Of a DNA stretch of 64,000 nt, positions 12,955-29,400 are shown one piece after another (positions within the stretch are counted from its first letter, which is position 1; the number at the start of each line of letters is the position of its first letter). The position numbers were made by a program, and so were the translations under genes. The stretch is from assembly GCF_021028975.2 (NCBI RefSeq), contig NC_059428.1, positions 64,046,001-64,110,000 on the forward strand, given 5' to 3'. The notes under the pieces are model-generated. The model had not been told where the DNA came from. It did not search any database and worked only from the letters and a program-made list of their open reading frames with translations. This DNA comes from Sphaerodactylus townsendi (taxonomy: Eukaryota).

Positions 12955-13469
12955 CAGTGGTAGTGAACCTATGGCACGGGTGCCAGAGGTGGCACTCAGA
13001 GCCCTCTCTGTGGGCACGCACAAATAGAGTCAAACCCCCCCACACACACACACACAAGCCCTGGGCTGTTGGGCTTGATTATCAGCATTAAACCTAAGAC
13101 CTAATTTTGGAGAAGCAGTGTAGGTAACCCTGTTAAGCGCTGTTAAACCCCACTGATTTTCATTCAAAGAAGAAAAGTGTGATCCTTTACCTGGGAGTAA
13201 GCTCGGTTGCTGGCAATGGGGCTTGCTTCTGAGTAAACCCTCCTAGGGTCATGATTCACCCATTGGAAGAGTTGCACGGTTGCTTCAAAGCAAAGCCACT
13301 GACTACTACCAAGCTTACTCCCGAGTAACGCATGTCTCTGAGCCAACCCTTTTTTCTAAACTAAAAGCTCAGTATTCAGGTTAAATTGCCGTGTGGGCAC
13401 TTTGCGATAAATAAATGGGTTTTGGGTTGCAATTTGGGCACTCGGTCTCGAAAAGGTTCGCCATCACTG
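12955..13469. mobile_element. Non-autonomous hAT transposon (hAT1/nhAT1-like termini)
   Basis: TIRs CAGTGGTAGTGAACCT and AGGTTCGCCATCACTG, 8-bp TSD CCCTAGCC. Confidence 0.88.
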
Positions 13470-14494
13470 CCCTAGCCACAGTCCCAATCAGAATCAAAAC
13501 CCTGCAGCACCCCTGAAATGAGCTCTCAAAGGGAACTTGCAGCTGACATCCTTACCACAAGTCCCCATGGCGATCATATAGTAAATGTAATGTGTACTTG
13601 TTAGTATTTTGCATAAAGAAGTTCCAGAATGTGCACAGGGTTTCCTCCATAAACAGATTACTTTAGAAAAAAATCCATGAAGACAGAAAGTTCGAAAAAA
13701 AATCTAGGTTAAAATTAATGTTTGGATTAAATTGATTTTTTGATTGCTGAAATAATTTTACAAGATTAGATTCATCACTTTTTTGTATGGGTTCTGCATG
13801 GCAGAATCTGAAAAGTATACTTTTCAGGGTAATAGATGTGAGATACGGCTTATAGCTATTTCTGACTGTCCCCAAATCACATTGTAAAACAGTTGTTCAA
13901 AGCCTGGAATGGAGAAGCACATAACATTTTAGGAGGTACAGGAAGGAGGGAAATACAAAAAACCTCCTACTGCCCAAATAGCTTCATAGACCATACAGGC
14001 TTACACCTTACTTCCCAGGAGGGGGAGGGGCATCCCCAGGCTTGGAAGCCCAGTGGAAGCCGACAAAGTTAGCTCCATTCCCATTGCACCGGCATGCTCT
14101 CGAACGCTGGAATAACTTTGGAGCGGTGGGCTCTTCCAGGTTTGGATGCCGCGCAGCTGTGCGGCACCTGCCCACCAGTGTCTTTGATTTTTCTGCTGGT
14201 GTAGATGCCCCTTTCACCTGCGGGATGGGAAGACAAGCCAGTACGGGTCCCCTTCACTCCCTGAACATCTTTCACACACCCTGCCTGGACTGTAGGGATC
14301 ATAAACCAAACATAACAATGTTACTCCTCATTAGAAATTATGTACAGACTGGTTGCTTAAATTCTTCTGAAATCTTGCTTCCAGTTTAAAATTCTTAGTA
14401 ATATTTTGTTGGTAAAAATTCAGATCAAAAGAAAAAACAAGGAAGTTTGATCAACTCTAATTTAATGTTCCACTGATTTTTCTCAGCAGCTTGC

Positions 14495-17079
<2,585 letters not shown>

Positions 17080-17149
17080 TTTGTTTATGATTCCTAAACA
17101 AGGTAGAGAAAAAAAATTTAGTATTTGCAACTGCTAACACTATCAACGG

Positions 17150-17740
17150 CTGTATTTGAAGGAGCAGGTTAAATCCCTCAATGATTCCAAAATATTCACA
17201 GTGATACGTTATTATAATGTACTGTATGTAGGGCTGCCTCTGAAGACTTTTCAGAAGTTTAGTCCAGAACACAGCACCAAAGTTATTAATGAGGACATGT
17301 TGTGATGAACACATCATATTTGTTTTATGAGCCGTACATTGGTAACTGATTTGTTTACAAGTGGATTTCAAAGTGCTGGTTTTGGCTTTTAAAATTCTGA
17401 ACAGTCCAAGTTGTGTTAAGAACCACCTTCTTATCTGCACTAGAAGTGCTTCTGTTGGCCATCATCCATCAAACATGAAGCAGGTGGAGATTTAGAAGGC
17501 GTTTTCAGTTGCAGTGAACACCTGTGTGTTGTCCTCCCCTTGCTTGGAATGTTCACCAATGTTTACTAGTGATTTAAGATGTCAAACAAATATCCTTTTA
17601 ATTTTTAAAAAATATATATCTGTTCTTCTAGCTATTTGTTATTTAGTTTATATTCACTGCTATTTTTTTTTTACCATTCTGATAGTTAACTGTTTTGGAC
17701 AATGTTTTAATGTGGAAAATCACAGAATTTCTTTAAAGGG
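17150..17740 (+). mobile_element. Degenerate L2 LINE 3' fragment
   Basis: Remnant peptides LYVGLPLKT and FKVLVLAFKILN, followed by an AT-rich L2-type 3' UTR. Confidence 0.6.
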
Positions 17741-18639
17741 TATCTGCATTCCAATCCTATGCATGTTTATTCAGTAATAAGACCCTCTGTGTTCAGTAAG
17801 ACATACTCCAAGGTAACTTTGCACCCTAAGTTATACATCAAGCCTTCCCTCTGAGAAGAAGGATGGCACAATAACATCAAATATATCTTTGGCATGAAAA
17901 TGAAATACTCCAAAACAAAAAGGCCAAACAAAAATATGCTGTAGAATTGGGAATAAGCCTAACGCAAGCAGAACCTAAATACCCCCCAACCCTCTACCAT
18001 CACTTACCATCACTATTCTCTATAGAGATGTCACTGTCTCAGTAGCTATCGGCCAGTCTCAGATGTGGGATTGCATGTGATTCTCCACAGATATAATATC
18101 AACTATTTAAATAATGTTGCAAGCTTCAGTGTGTTTAGGTAGTCTTGTTCCATTAATAGGCAGATTTAAGTGGTTTTTTTAAAAAAATGGAGATTAGTTA
18201 TGCCCAACTACTGAACTCTTTCAGGGAAAGAATAGGGCAATCGTACATAGTATTTACCCCAATCTAAGGCAGTTATAAGGCTACTGAATTTATTTCTGAG
18301 TACGCAAACTCAGTCCAAATTTCCTTATGCTTACTCAGAAGTAAACCATAAAGTAAACAGTGCTAACTTCCGAAGAGATTTTTAATGAAATGGGAATATT
18401 TTGAATGACTATTGCACCTTTTGGTAGGTTGTATCACTCCAATCACGTTGCACTCATCATCAAAGCTCAGTAGTGTCCTTTCCAGCGGAAGAAAAAACAT
18501 TATTCCTACATTGTTTACAAGTAATTACGCTCATTAAATTCACTGAAACCTATGAGTACGTCACAGGATTTTGCTCGAGTAAAAGTCGGCTCCCAAGGAA
18601 GCAAGTTAAAGCTACCTTCAACAGACAGCTAAACTTCGC

Positions 18640-19145
18640 AAAGTCGCTCTGCAACAAGGCAAGTGTCAATGACGACTTAAAAGCCCGACGGTAAGTCCAC
18701 ATCCCCAATTCCCATTATGCCTTTCGGTCCCGTGTTCTCCTTCCTTTCCCAATAGCCGCCCATACCGGAAGTTGCCGAAGAGTGGAGGCAGCCGCTCTAC
18801 AATACCAGGTATCTATGCTTTGACGCCGCTAATCTTTCCGTCTGCATGCTGGAGCGCTTTGGTAAAAATCTGTCTCCGCTCCCTACTCGGAGATGCGGGA
18901 TGCGATATTTCAGGTCAGGGCTTCATTGTCCAGGTAGGGAGAGTCAGTGCTGTGCGTGTCTTTTGCCGTTTTCCCAGCCGCTTCGGATTTCCTAGTTCTC
19001 CACTTAAACCTAACGTGGCTTTCCCACTGGTTTCGCTTGTTGTCAGTAAGGGCAGAGGAGGCGTGCAAAGAAGCTCAAGTGGCCAATCAAAGGGCGGAGA
19101 AGGAGACCCATTGCTAATTCTCTCCCCTCCCACGCCCGGCCGAGT
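18640..19145. promoter_or_regulatory. CpG-rich promoter between head-to-head RWDD2B and USP16 (probably bidirectional)
   Basis: The only CpG-rich segment between the two genes. ZNF143/SBS-like TTCCCATTATGCC at 18709-18721, ETS/GABP CCGGAAGT at 18765-18772, CCAAT plus GC box near 19081-19098. Candidate USP16 non-coding exon 1 donor CAG|GTAGG at 18933. Confidence 0.7.
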
Positions 19146-20372
19146 TTCTGGGAGTGATTTTTGAAACAAAATTTTGTATTTTCCCCCCACGTTGTATCGC
19201 AGATTGTGATGCACATGCAAAGTCCGTGGTACAGCATCCGTTTTGCATGCAGTAAAAGTTCTTCATTTAATCCTAGACTCTTCCACAAGTGAGGAACCTG
19301 CTATTGGGAAAGATCTGTCAGAGATTCTGAAAATCCGCTACTGGTCAGAACTAGTGATCTGGCATGGCATAAATCTGACTATGGTTGCTGTTATTTCTTT
19401 ATTATGTGCAAGCTCTTGACTTAAAAGCTTTGTAGTTGACATTGCTTCTGTAGATGTAATATGAGAGAAGGTGTTGGTAATACTATCAGTATGGGGCTTT
19501 TCTGAAAGATGGAAATTCCAATGTACTTTTTTACTGACTCTGCCCTGTTACAGTGCATAGAGTTTCTAAGAGGGTTTGTGGGACCTATGGATATGTACTC
19601 TGTTCCTAAGTCAGTGGGGCATAGTATTTGCATTTGATTCAACGGAATTGGCAGCTTCCGGATTGCTGCTCTGGCAAGATTGGGTCCCCAATCTTTTTGA
19701 TCTTGCCAGTGCTTTTGGAATTCTGACAGAGTGTAGTGGGCACAGCTGTAGAATAGCTGTTGCAGAGGCAGCCACAAAAGAAGCTGCTATAACTTACCTT
19801 TAGTTGCACAATAAAGATCGATATACTGTGGTGGCTGTTGCCAAACCTGATCAGTTCTCAAATGGCTAACTAGAATCCTTGTCAGGCAAGAGCTCTGTAA
19901 TTTCTAAAAACACTTGATGGGCACCCAGAAAGGTCTGTGCCTTCATGGGCACCACATTGGGAATCCTATTCTAGATCACATTCACCTAGGATGCAGTGTA
20001 TGTGAAACATTTTCCAGGAACGGAGTTAGTCATGGGGAAAGTTTCTGTTCCCTCCGCCTCGATCTGCTAAATTTGTACTTGTTGTTTGTACTTAAATCGT
20101 CAGTTAAAATCCTTCACAAGTTCACAATTGTTAATTCTTTCGTTAAGACACATGCAATGAAGGGAAATTTGGTTTGCAAGCTACAGCCTTACTCCTCCTC
20201 TTCTATCTGCTTATGTTCAGGATCGCTCTTCACTTTAGGTAGTTAAGTCCTTAATGTTCAATATTTCATCAGTTTCTTAGGATTGTCAGACCTCTTGAAA
20301 ATGAAGAATGCTAATTTTTCTTTCTTCTAGGTCACAGTTGTGTCCTATGAAATAGACTCCTGAAATGCTAAC

Positions 20373-20433
20373 ATGGGAAAGAAGCGAATAAAGGGAAGAC
20401 AAGTGCAGCCAGATGAGTCACCGGAAGTGCTAA
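20373..20433 (+). CDS. USP16: USP16 first coding exon (exon 2; acceptor at 20331)
   Basis: [20 protein letters not shown]|GTATG; strong Kozak aacATGG. Confidence 0.92.
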
Positions 20434-23400
20434 GTATGCTATGTAACTGCCTGTTTGTTGGGAGAATTCTACGGAAGAAACTCACTATGTAATAAACTGG
20501 TAGCTCTAGGGAAGGAACTCACTATGTAAAAGAGCTCACTATTTTCCTAGCAGAAAGTTCAGCTTTCACAGATGGGTTGAAAATGTGGCAAAGGCAGGAC
20601 ATCAGGGTGAGGCTGGGGGAAGGAAGAAAGAATTCCATATGACCCAGGTGGTAATTTTACTGGCTTTCAGACATTTAAATGCATGTTAAGAAGTCTGCAT
20701 CAAATGCCTTTCTTTTAAAAAATTAAATGTTAATAAAGGATATGTTTGAAAAAATGATGTTTAACCATTCAAAATAAGTAAACACTTAAAATGTAAAGAT
20801 TTTTCAGAAGGAAAATCTCATTGTGTTGGATTCTATTAAAATGATCAACAGGTGTTTGCAGAAACAGCTGTTCGCCTCCAGTGTGGTGTAGTGGTTAAGT
20901 GCAGGTGCACTCTAATCTGGAGAACTGGGTTTGATTCCCTGCTCTGCCACTTGACCTGCGGAGGCTTATCTGGTGAACTAGATTAGCTTGTACACTCCCA
21001 CACATGCCAGCTGGGTGACCTTGGGCTAGTCATAGTTCTTTAGAGCTCTCTCGGCACCACATACCTCACAGTGTGTTTGTTGTGAGGGGGGAAGGGAAAT
21101 GAGTTTGTAAGCCCTTTTGAGTCTCCTTACAGGAGAGGGGCAGGGATATAAATCCAACTCTTCTTCTCCAGCTCCCTAGTTACTTCGATATATTGTCATT
21201 AATATTATCATTTCAATTTTGATTCCTACCCTTTGCAGTAGTCTCATATAAGATGTCTGCTATTGGTGGAGGGGCTGCTTTTTTATATCTTGGCTAGAGA
21301 TACTGTGTGGGAAATAAATTCACTTGCAGTAGACACAAGCAAAGAGCTTGCTGTTGTAGCACTGGACAAGTTGCTGTGAAAGAACACTGTTTCTATGCTC
21401 CTTCAACATGTTCATTCCTTATGTATGCTCATTCCTTATATATCACACCTTTATTCTGAACATTCTTCAAGGAGACAAGGGTGGCAAACATAGGGCTGTG
21501 TTATATTGTCTCAACAGGCTTATGAGACTTTAGGCTGTAAGTCTGCAACATGACAAAAGCTGACCAGAATCCTACACCCAACTCTTTGCAGCTCAGCACT
21601 GTATTTACTAAGCCAGCCATAACAATGACCTGTAATCCCATCTAAGTGTGATCTTCACTTTGTGTATATTTTTGATAGACCCTGTATGCAAACACCTGCG
21701 CAAAGGATTGGAGCAAGGTCACCTGAAAAAGGTTTTGCAGAATGTGGACTGGAATGCCTGCCAGGATTGCCGGTCATTGGATAGTGACACACATGAGAAA
21801 TGTGAAGAGGAGGAAGAAGACAGGCCTTCACTATGGTTGTGTCTCAAATGTGGCCACAGGGTATATTCTCCGCCCCTCACCCAAAACCAATTACATCCGG
21901 ACCAAAGTTGAAATATGTATAGCTAAATTAGCACTGTTTTATCTCTTACTGATATTTGTAATCCAGGTTTGATCAAAACGTTACTTGATTTAACCACGAT
22001 TTGTATTTCTTGTTGCCATTGTTGCAGGGCTGTGGCAGAGATTCTAAAGAGCAGCATGCTTTAAAGCATTATGAAACCCCAAGGTCAGAGTCTCACTGTT
22101 TGGCTCTCAGTTTAGACAACTGGAGTGTGTGGTAAGTTTGTCTGGTTTCCATCACCATTTAGAAAGACACACGTGTTTTTCTTGTGTGAAAACTATTAGA
22201 ATGATCCCTTAACCCTGTGTACATATGGTTTAGCTTACCATTCTCATTACAGTTTCAGGTTTTTTCAAAGCAGCGTCTTCCCGCCGGCACTGTGCAAACA
22301 GCGGGAAGATGTTGCTTTCCCCCTCCCCTCCACTCACCTCTTCGTTCAGCGTCACCGTGGAGGGCGGCAGAGACCCGCACATGCTGCCCTCTGACCTCCA
22401 CGGATTGGAGGGCAGCGTGGATGGGCCCCTCCAGTCCTCCACGGCAATGCTGAACAAAGAGGTGAGTGGAGGGAACCGAAGGAGAGCCACCTCTCCTGCT
22501 GGGGAGGGAGCTGGTGGAGGTTCGCTGCCCCCACAGTGCGGAAAGGGCCTAGATGTGATGGTGTCCTTGTGGCTACCATAGAAATGCCACCACCATTTTA
22601 ACATTTTTAAAGCACACTTGTTCACCCCTGTGCACCTTTTCAGTGGCTGAAAATGCCCTGCCCACCCGCCCGTCCTCCATAGTAGCTGTTTCAAGCACTT
22701 GAAAAGGAAAACTAGCATTGTGCTGCATTTTTAAATACCTTTAAAATGGTGGTAGTATCTTTGTGGCTGCCATGAGAGCATCATTATGTCTAGCTTGACT
22801 CTGAAGTGGGTATAATCAGCACATATGGGGCCAAATACACAGGTGACAGAGAGTGGAAAATGGCATCACCCGCCCAATATTGTTTGTGGAGGATCTGACC
22901 TCCCTCCAAAAAAGAGAAATTAAGATGGCACTGTGTGCTGTAACGAGAAAGGGAGGCTGTTTTGCTCACTGATTTCCACTCATGCAAAATAAAAACAGGA
23001 TAAAATAAATATGTTCAAAACTTACTGAAGTTTATCCTATACCATGTCATAAATTTGTTCATTTATTGGACTGGAATTTAAATGTAGCTTATAAATGTAT
23101 AATGTACTCTGTGAAACTTAAAGCTGAACATTAGCAGGACTGACAGAGAATGGCATTATTCCTTAACTGCTTATTAGTAAATACACAAATTGAATTCCCT
23201 GAGACTTGAATTGCTTGGTCTTTCTTTCTGGAATTAGTAAGGTTCCCTACTGCACATATCAGCCTCTGCTACTAAAAACTTTGGTTATAGCCAACAAATT
23301 CTAATAACATAGATTTCAGATTCTTGTGAGAGAGCAAAAGAACTACAGTAGTACCTCTGGTCCCTTTGTACTGTAACTACTGGTTCTGTTTCATATCCAG

Positions 23401-26400
23401 TGCAAATATCCCTTTATTTAAACTTATTTAGGCCATTCTATACTGCTGAATTTTGAGCCTAGCCACACTCTTAAGTCTATATTTGTATCTTTCTTTCTTG
23501 CCTTTCTTTGGTCTTTTGGGGGTGACAGGTGCTACCTGTGTGATAATGATGTCCTGTACAACAGTTCTACTCAGTTGGGCCAACTTGTGGATTATGTTAG
23601 AAAGCAAGCTCGTGTTAACATCAAAACCCCGGGTAAGTTCCTACAATTGTAATTTCAAAAAGGGACTGTTTTTAATGTTTAATTCCACTAAGCTCCTGGT
23701 TGGGAGTATTGTGGTCTTGGATCACGTTAAACTAGTTAAGGAATATTCACAGTGACTAATCTTGTATCAAGATTTTAATTCATAGCTCTGTGTCTCAGAA
23801 AGATCAGGATGGGAAGCATTTGCAAGCCTGACTCTTTTGTATTCAGAAAAGTCTGCTTCTTACCAACCTGCCCTATGACCATTTGATGTAGCCAAGATCT
23901 CTAAAGCTTCTGTCTTGCCTCCAACCCTATCCATTGTACCACATTATAACAATGACAGGCGCCATCATTGTCTCTTAGGCATGATTTCGAACATTAATTA
24001 GCCTGATTCCTTATGCTTTCTTGTCAGTAATATCAGCTTTTTTTCCCCAACTAACGTTACTTGAGTGACTCTTGAGAACCACCCATGCATAGTATCTAGT
24101 CCTCTATAAGTTATTGCTGTTCTTAAACTTGTAGGATTTAAAATCCTTCAAACTAATGGATTATATTCAGAGTTCTTTTCCATGAGTGGAAGTGTAATTC
24201 CACATGTGCAAGAGAAGGATGAGTTTTAATTCCATTTCAGATCTCCTCATCTCACTCTGTGCTAAGGATAACTTTTCAGGGAGTTCAACTACGGTAGGTG
24301 TGGCAAGAAGTGGGAGGTGGAAATACCCATTTCTTAAGTGAGACTGACTGTTCTTCAGATCTAACCCAGTGTATTTATAACTCTACCTGTGGTATTAGTA
24401 AGCTTGCTTGTATTCCTCTGTTTTTAAGTACCAATCTAATTACTTCATTTCAGCATCCACAGATGAAGAGAACAAGCAGTTGGAAAATAAGAAAATAAAA
24501 GATCACAGAAATGAGGAAGAGAGAGAGAAAAAAGAGATCTTGGTGAAAGACGACAACCTTCACTTAAATGGCTATGCAGAAGTTACTGTGAAGGGTCTCA
24601 GTAACCTTGGAAATACATGCTTCTTTAATGCTGTTCTTCAGGTATGATAGAAATTGTTGAGGTTCCAAAGTGACTAATGTCCTCAGTCCTCTGATTACAT
24701 CAATTCAGCATCAGGAGCACCAATGATTACTAAATCTGTTTCCACCTAATTTTTCACCTACTTGTATCTTCACCCCTGTGAGACTGCAGGTAGTTTAGCA
24801 TCTCACTGTTTGCTTGTGCAAGTTTTTCTTTCTGTGGATCTCCTCATGTGGCTCATTCTGTTGTTTCCCATTGCTGTTTTTTTTATTCCCTTCAACAGTA
24901 CTTGGCTAGGTATGCCAATTATAATTATAATGATGTATTAGATCAGTTGGCATCAGTACAATCACAGGCACTTTTAGAAAGGGAATAGTTTTTAAATAGG
25001 TATAGCCTATTAAATAGGTCAGAGGCCTAAAGTGGAAAAACTAAACATTTCTAGCTGAAATTTGGTATGTGTGTGGGATCTGCCATCACTGCCCTTAGAT
25101 GAGTAGAAAGGCAGTAATGAATGCAACTAAATTTTAGTTCCCTGTCTCTTCCCTTCCTGCTACAACCACCTGATTTTCATAAAATACTGATTCTGTGGAG
25201 CAGGAAACCATTGAGGGTGCAGTGGGAAGGGAAAGTAGTTGAAATTTCTAACTTAGTCTAAATCCAGCTCATAAACGAAGTTATGAAATGTTTTCTTGCC
25301 ATCTGAAGTGACATGAAGAGGTAATTTGTGGAAGTGTTCCATATCTGTGGTACTACTTAAAAAAGATCAAAGTTGCCTGTACAATTCTGCATGTGTGGAA
25401 AGTTTATCTTGGAGACATCATTATTTCTGCTGTGCTGGATCTGGACTGTTTAGGTCTCACAGGTAATCACCAACAATTGGAACCAAGTCAGAAATCTGCT
25501 ACTTACAAACAAGACCTTGCACAACACCTTATCTGAGCCCAGCCTTCACCATGACAGCAGCCTTCTTCACTGACTATATGACAACACCACAGATGTTACC
25601 CACTGTGCGAATGATACATGCATGCACATACATACACTTGTTGCTGAGAAACTGAGCTTATGGTGTATAATAGCTTTGCTTGCTGGAGCATCTTCTGTTT
25701 ATGTAATGACCCCAGTTTTAAGCATTGCATTTAAAATACAAGCAGCTGATGTATACACGCATTTATACAACTCTGACCACAGAACCTATTTGTTTTTTCT
25801 CCAAGTGCTGTTGCACTAGGCTTGGATTTCCCCTAGAATTTTGACAGGTATGCAAGGGAGCAATTTTTCACTTTTCTGCAGCAGCCCAAAATGCTTGGGG
25901 AAGACCTCCAAGAATATCTGGGCTAAATATCAGAGGTCTCTTATGGGCAGGGGATTGGCAAAAATCACTCCCCTGTGTTTGTGGAAATTCTGGGCAGGGT
26001 CTAAGCTCTTAGGTCCACCTTAAATCAACAGAACAAACTGAGCGGGAAAATTGTAGTTTGTGAAACATGTGTTCTTCTTGAATGGTCAAGTTGTTAATGA
26101 TAAAATTTCTATTCCTTCCTAAAGAATCTATCACAGACACCAATTCTGAGAGAACTGCTGAAAGAGTTTAAAATGGCAGATTTGACACTTACCATTGAGC
26201 CTCCAGAATTCTCGGTAATGGTAGGTGGGCTTCTGTTTTGTAGTGCGGTTAGGGCCTATTTTTTCAAATATGACTGTCTTCCTTGGAGTAGAGCTTCCTC
26301 ACTTTTTGCATTTCAGTTCCCTTTGGTTTGATCATTGATTAGTCTCTAAGGGTAGTTCTTACAAGGCTGAGAATGACTGTTTTGTTTTTTTGCAAAGCAA

Positions 26401-29400
26401 GACACTGCAAAGCTTTCAGCACTTCAAGAATCCTTGAATTTAAAGCAAGGGTAGGTGCAAGTTTGAGTTCACACGGTGACTGCATACCATCAGAAAGCAC
26501 ATCGCAGTAGATGAAAGCTGCTTTACCTCATGTGTTGCATTCCTTTGTTTCTCAATCAGATGTTACTTTTTGTCACTTTGGCTGGGATCCTACAGGCAAA
26601 AATTTGCATTGTTACTCACTAGTAAGTTCCAGGTTAAATTACCATCCTGATGCAAGGGCAATCCTGACCATGTTTTCTGATTTGTGCAAGACTATTCCAC
26701 CAATGGAGGAGGGTCTTTCGTGGACCCTCCCACACACACACACAATTGCAGAACCAAAATTTACCCCCACACTGCTCCTGATGGTTCCCCAAGCCATGCA
26801 GGTATGATTTGGGGTGGAAAGGGGGAGGCGGGAAAGCTTGCTTCCACAAGCACCAGAGAAATGGTGTACCATAATGATTAGAGTGTGAGGCTGGGACCTT
26901 GTACAATGAAGTTCACACTGGAAGAGAGGGAATGATGTAATAAACTGTTTTGAATTCCAATTAAGTGAAAAGTGGAAGATATGTTTTAAGAAGTGTGTTC
27001 AGTTTACACTAGGAACATTTCACCCTATAGTGTTTAAAATATTTGCATAGAAATATGTTGGGTACCCTTTTTTGGTACATTCTTTATGCCGTAACAGAAC
27101 CTTAGCAGCTTTAGTGTATAACAGTTCCATAAAAATGTATTTTAAGCATTGCTTTTATGTGTCACCACTTTCTCCAGGCCCTTTTTGCTTGATTTTATTA
27201 AAAGGTTTCCTTAAGGTATAAAGTTATAATCCTAATGCAACTTCATGTAATGGATTCACTCCAGAAATAACTAGCATAAGAGCGTTCACTGAGCCGATCT
27301 TTTCTTTTTTTTGGTTTAGTTTACATTTGCAAAAAGAGATGCTTATTTTGCTTAGGAGAGTTGATTGTGTAGGTGTATCAGATAAGGAAATTAATAAATG
27401 AATGGGTTAAATACATTGTTCTGTTGCTTTTTGTGTGTGTTGTGCAGGAACCTCTGGTGGTTAAACTTGATCAAGCAAGACCTGTGACACTGGCAATGTG
27501 CCAGTTTCTAACAGAAATGCAAGAGACTAAAAAAGGAATTGTAAGCCCTCACGAACTCTTTTCTCAGGTCTGTAAAAAGTGAGTATCTGGCTCTGTTCTG
27601 TGGTAATAAGTCTTTTGAAAAGCCTGTTTACAGAAGCATATTAACATCTTACACTAACTTACACAAAACACACTAGGATAACTGGCCTGTAACATTCTGC
27701 ATACACTCTGAAAATATTATAAACGATAGGTGAAATATTTGGTACTTTCCAGAACTCTGGTACAAAGGCTGATTTTAGTGAAAAGTTAACATTTTAATTA
27801 ATACTGTGTACTGTTTTCTTTATAGACATCAGAATTCAAGTTCCTTTAGGAACATCAGTCATCTGTAATATGTTTGTATTTTTCTATTAGAATTATAGAG
27901 TTATGTAGGACTGTAGTTTACCCTCCCCTAACATGAACAGAAGCAGAAACAAATGTGTGAAAAGGATATCTCTGAATTCCAGCTGTGTTCTACAAAGTTC
28001 TCAGAGGTTCCCTAATTCTCAAAGATTCTTTGACCAAAGAATGTTGGCAAGAAAGAACCATTTCATGAACACAGGGATCCTGCCAGTGGTGGGATTCAGC
28101 AGGTTCGTCCCTCTTTGGCAGAACCAGTTGTTAAAATGGTGCTTGTAAACAATCAGTTGTTAAAGTATTTGAATCCCACCACTGGATCCTGCCCATTGAA
28201 AACAAAACACTGGAACAAATTCCCAATGTTTCTAATTGACTTTCCATTAATGTTGACACTTTGTTAGGATAGTCAAGTTTTTAAATATCAAATGCATGTT
28301 TTTCCTAACCAAGTTACTGTTGAATTGTGTAAGAGCTAACCAATGCATGTTGTGTGAATAAATGGCTGTGTCAATTGTTACAGATTGTAACTTGTATGTG
28401 TGTAACTATTGTTTATTTCAAATAGAGCGATACGTTTTAAAGGATATCAGCAGCAGGACAGTCAGGAACTGCTTCACTATTTACTAGATGGGATGCGAAC
28501 AGAAGAAGCACAAGTATGTCTCTAGTACAGTAAGGACCCCAGACTCCCCATCTCCTTTGCACATCGTTAAGGAAAATCAGGTAGCCCTATTTAGAGGTGG
28601 TTCTAGTGATTCCCTTCTAGAAGAAGAAGAGCTGGATTTATATCCCCCCTTTCTCTCTCCCGTAGGAGACTCAAAGGGGCTTACAAACTCCTTTCCCTTC
28701 TCCCCTCACAACAAATACCCTGTGAGGTAGGTGGGGCTGAGAGAGCTCAGAAGACTGTGACTAGCCCAAGGTCACCCAGCTGGCGTGTGTTGGAGTGCAC
28801 AGGCTAATCTGAATTCCCCAGATAAGCCTCCGCAGCTCAAGTGGCAGAGCCAGGAATCAAACCCAGTTCTTCCAGATTATAGAGTGCACCTGCTCTTAAC
28901 CACTACGCCACTGCTACTCCCTGCTCTTAACCGCTATGCCACTGCTGCTTCTATCAAGTTTTCCTCCAACAGATAAATAATTTGTTGAAATAAGAGAGAG
29001 AACTTTCTCCATTAGAAAAGTCCATTGGAAGTAGAAGGAAGTCTTGGCAGAAGATAGTCATAGGGTCCAACCCACCAAGTTTGTGGGTGCAATCCATCAA
29101 AACCTAATCATTGTGATTCTCCTTGAAAGCAATGAAGAAGACCTCTTTAGTCCTTTGTACTAGGGATAATGTTTCATTGGCCTCAGTAGGACTGGCTTCT
29201 AAGAAAACACCATATGATTAAGTTCCCAGAGCCGAATCTGTCTGTTCATAGCATCTAGATTTTGTCCTGTGTGCATATGAGAATCCCAGCGTACACCCCA
29301 GAAATGTTAAATCAGATTATGTGTGTATGATATGTGCTGTGAACGTGAATATTTTATATTTTTGTGGCATATTGATCTGCAGATTAATTTTGCTATTTGT

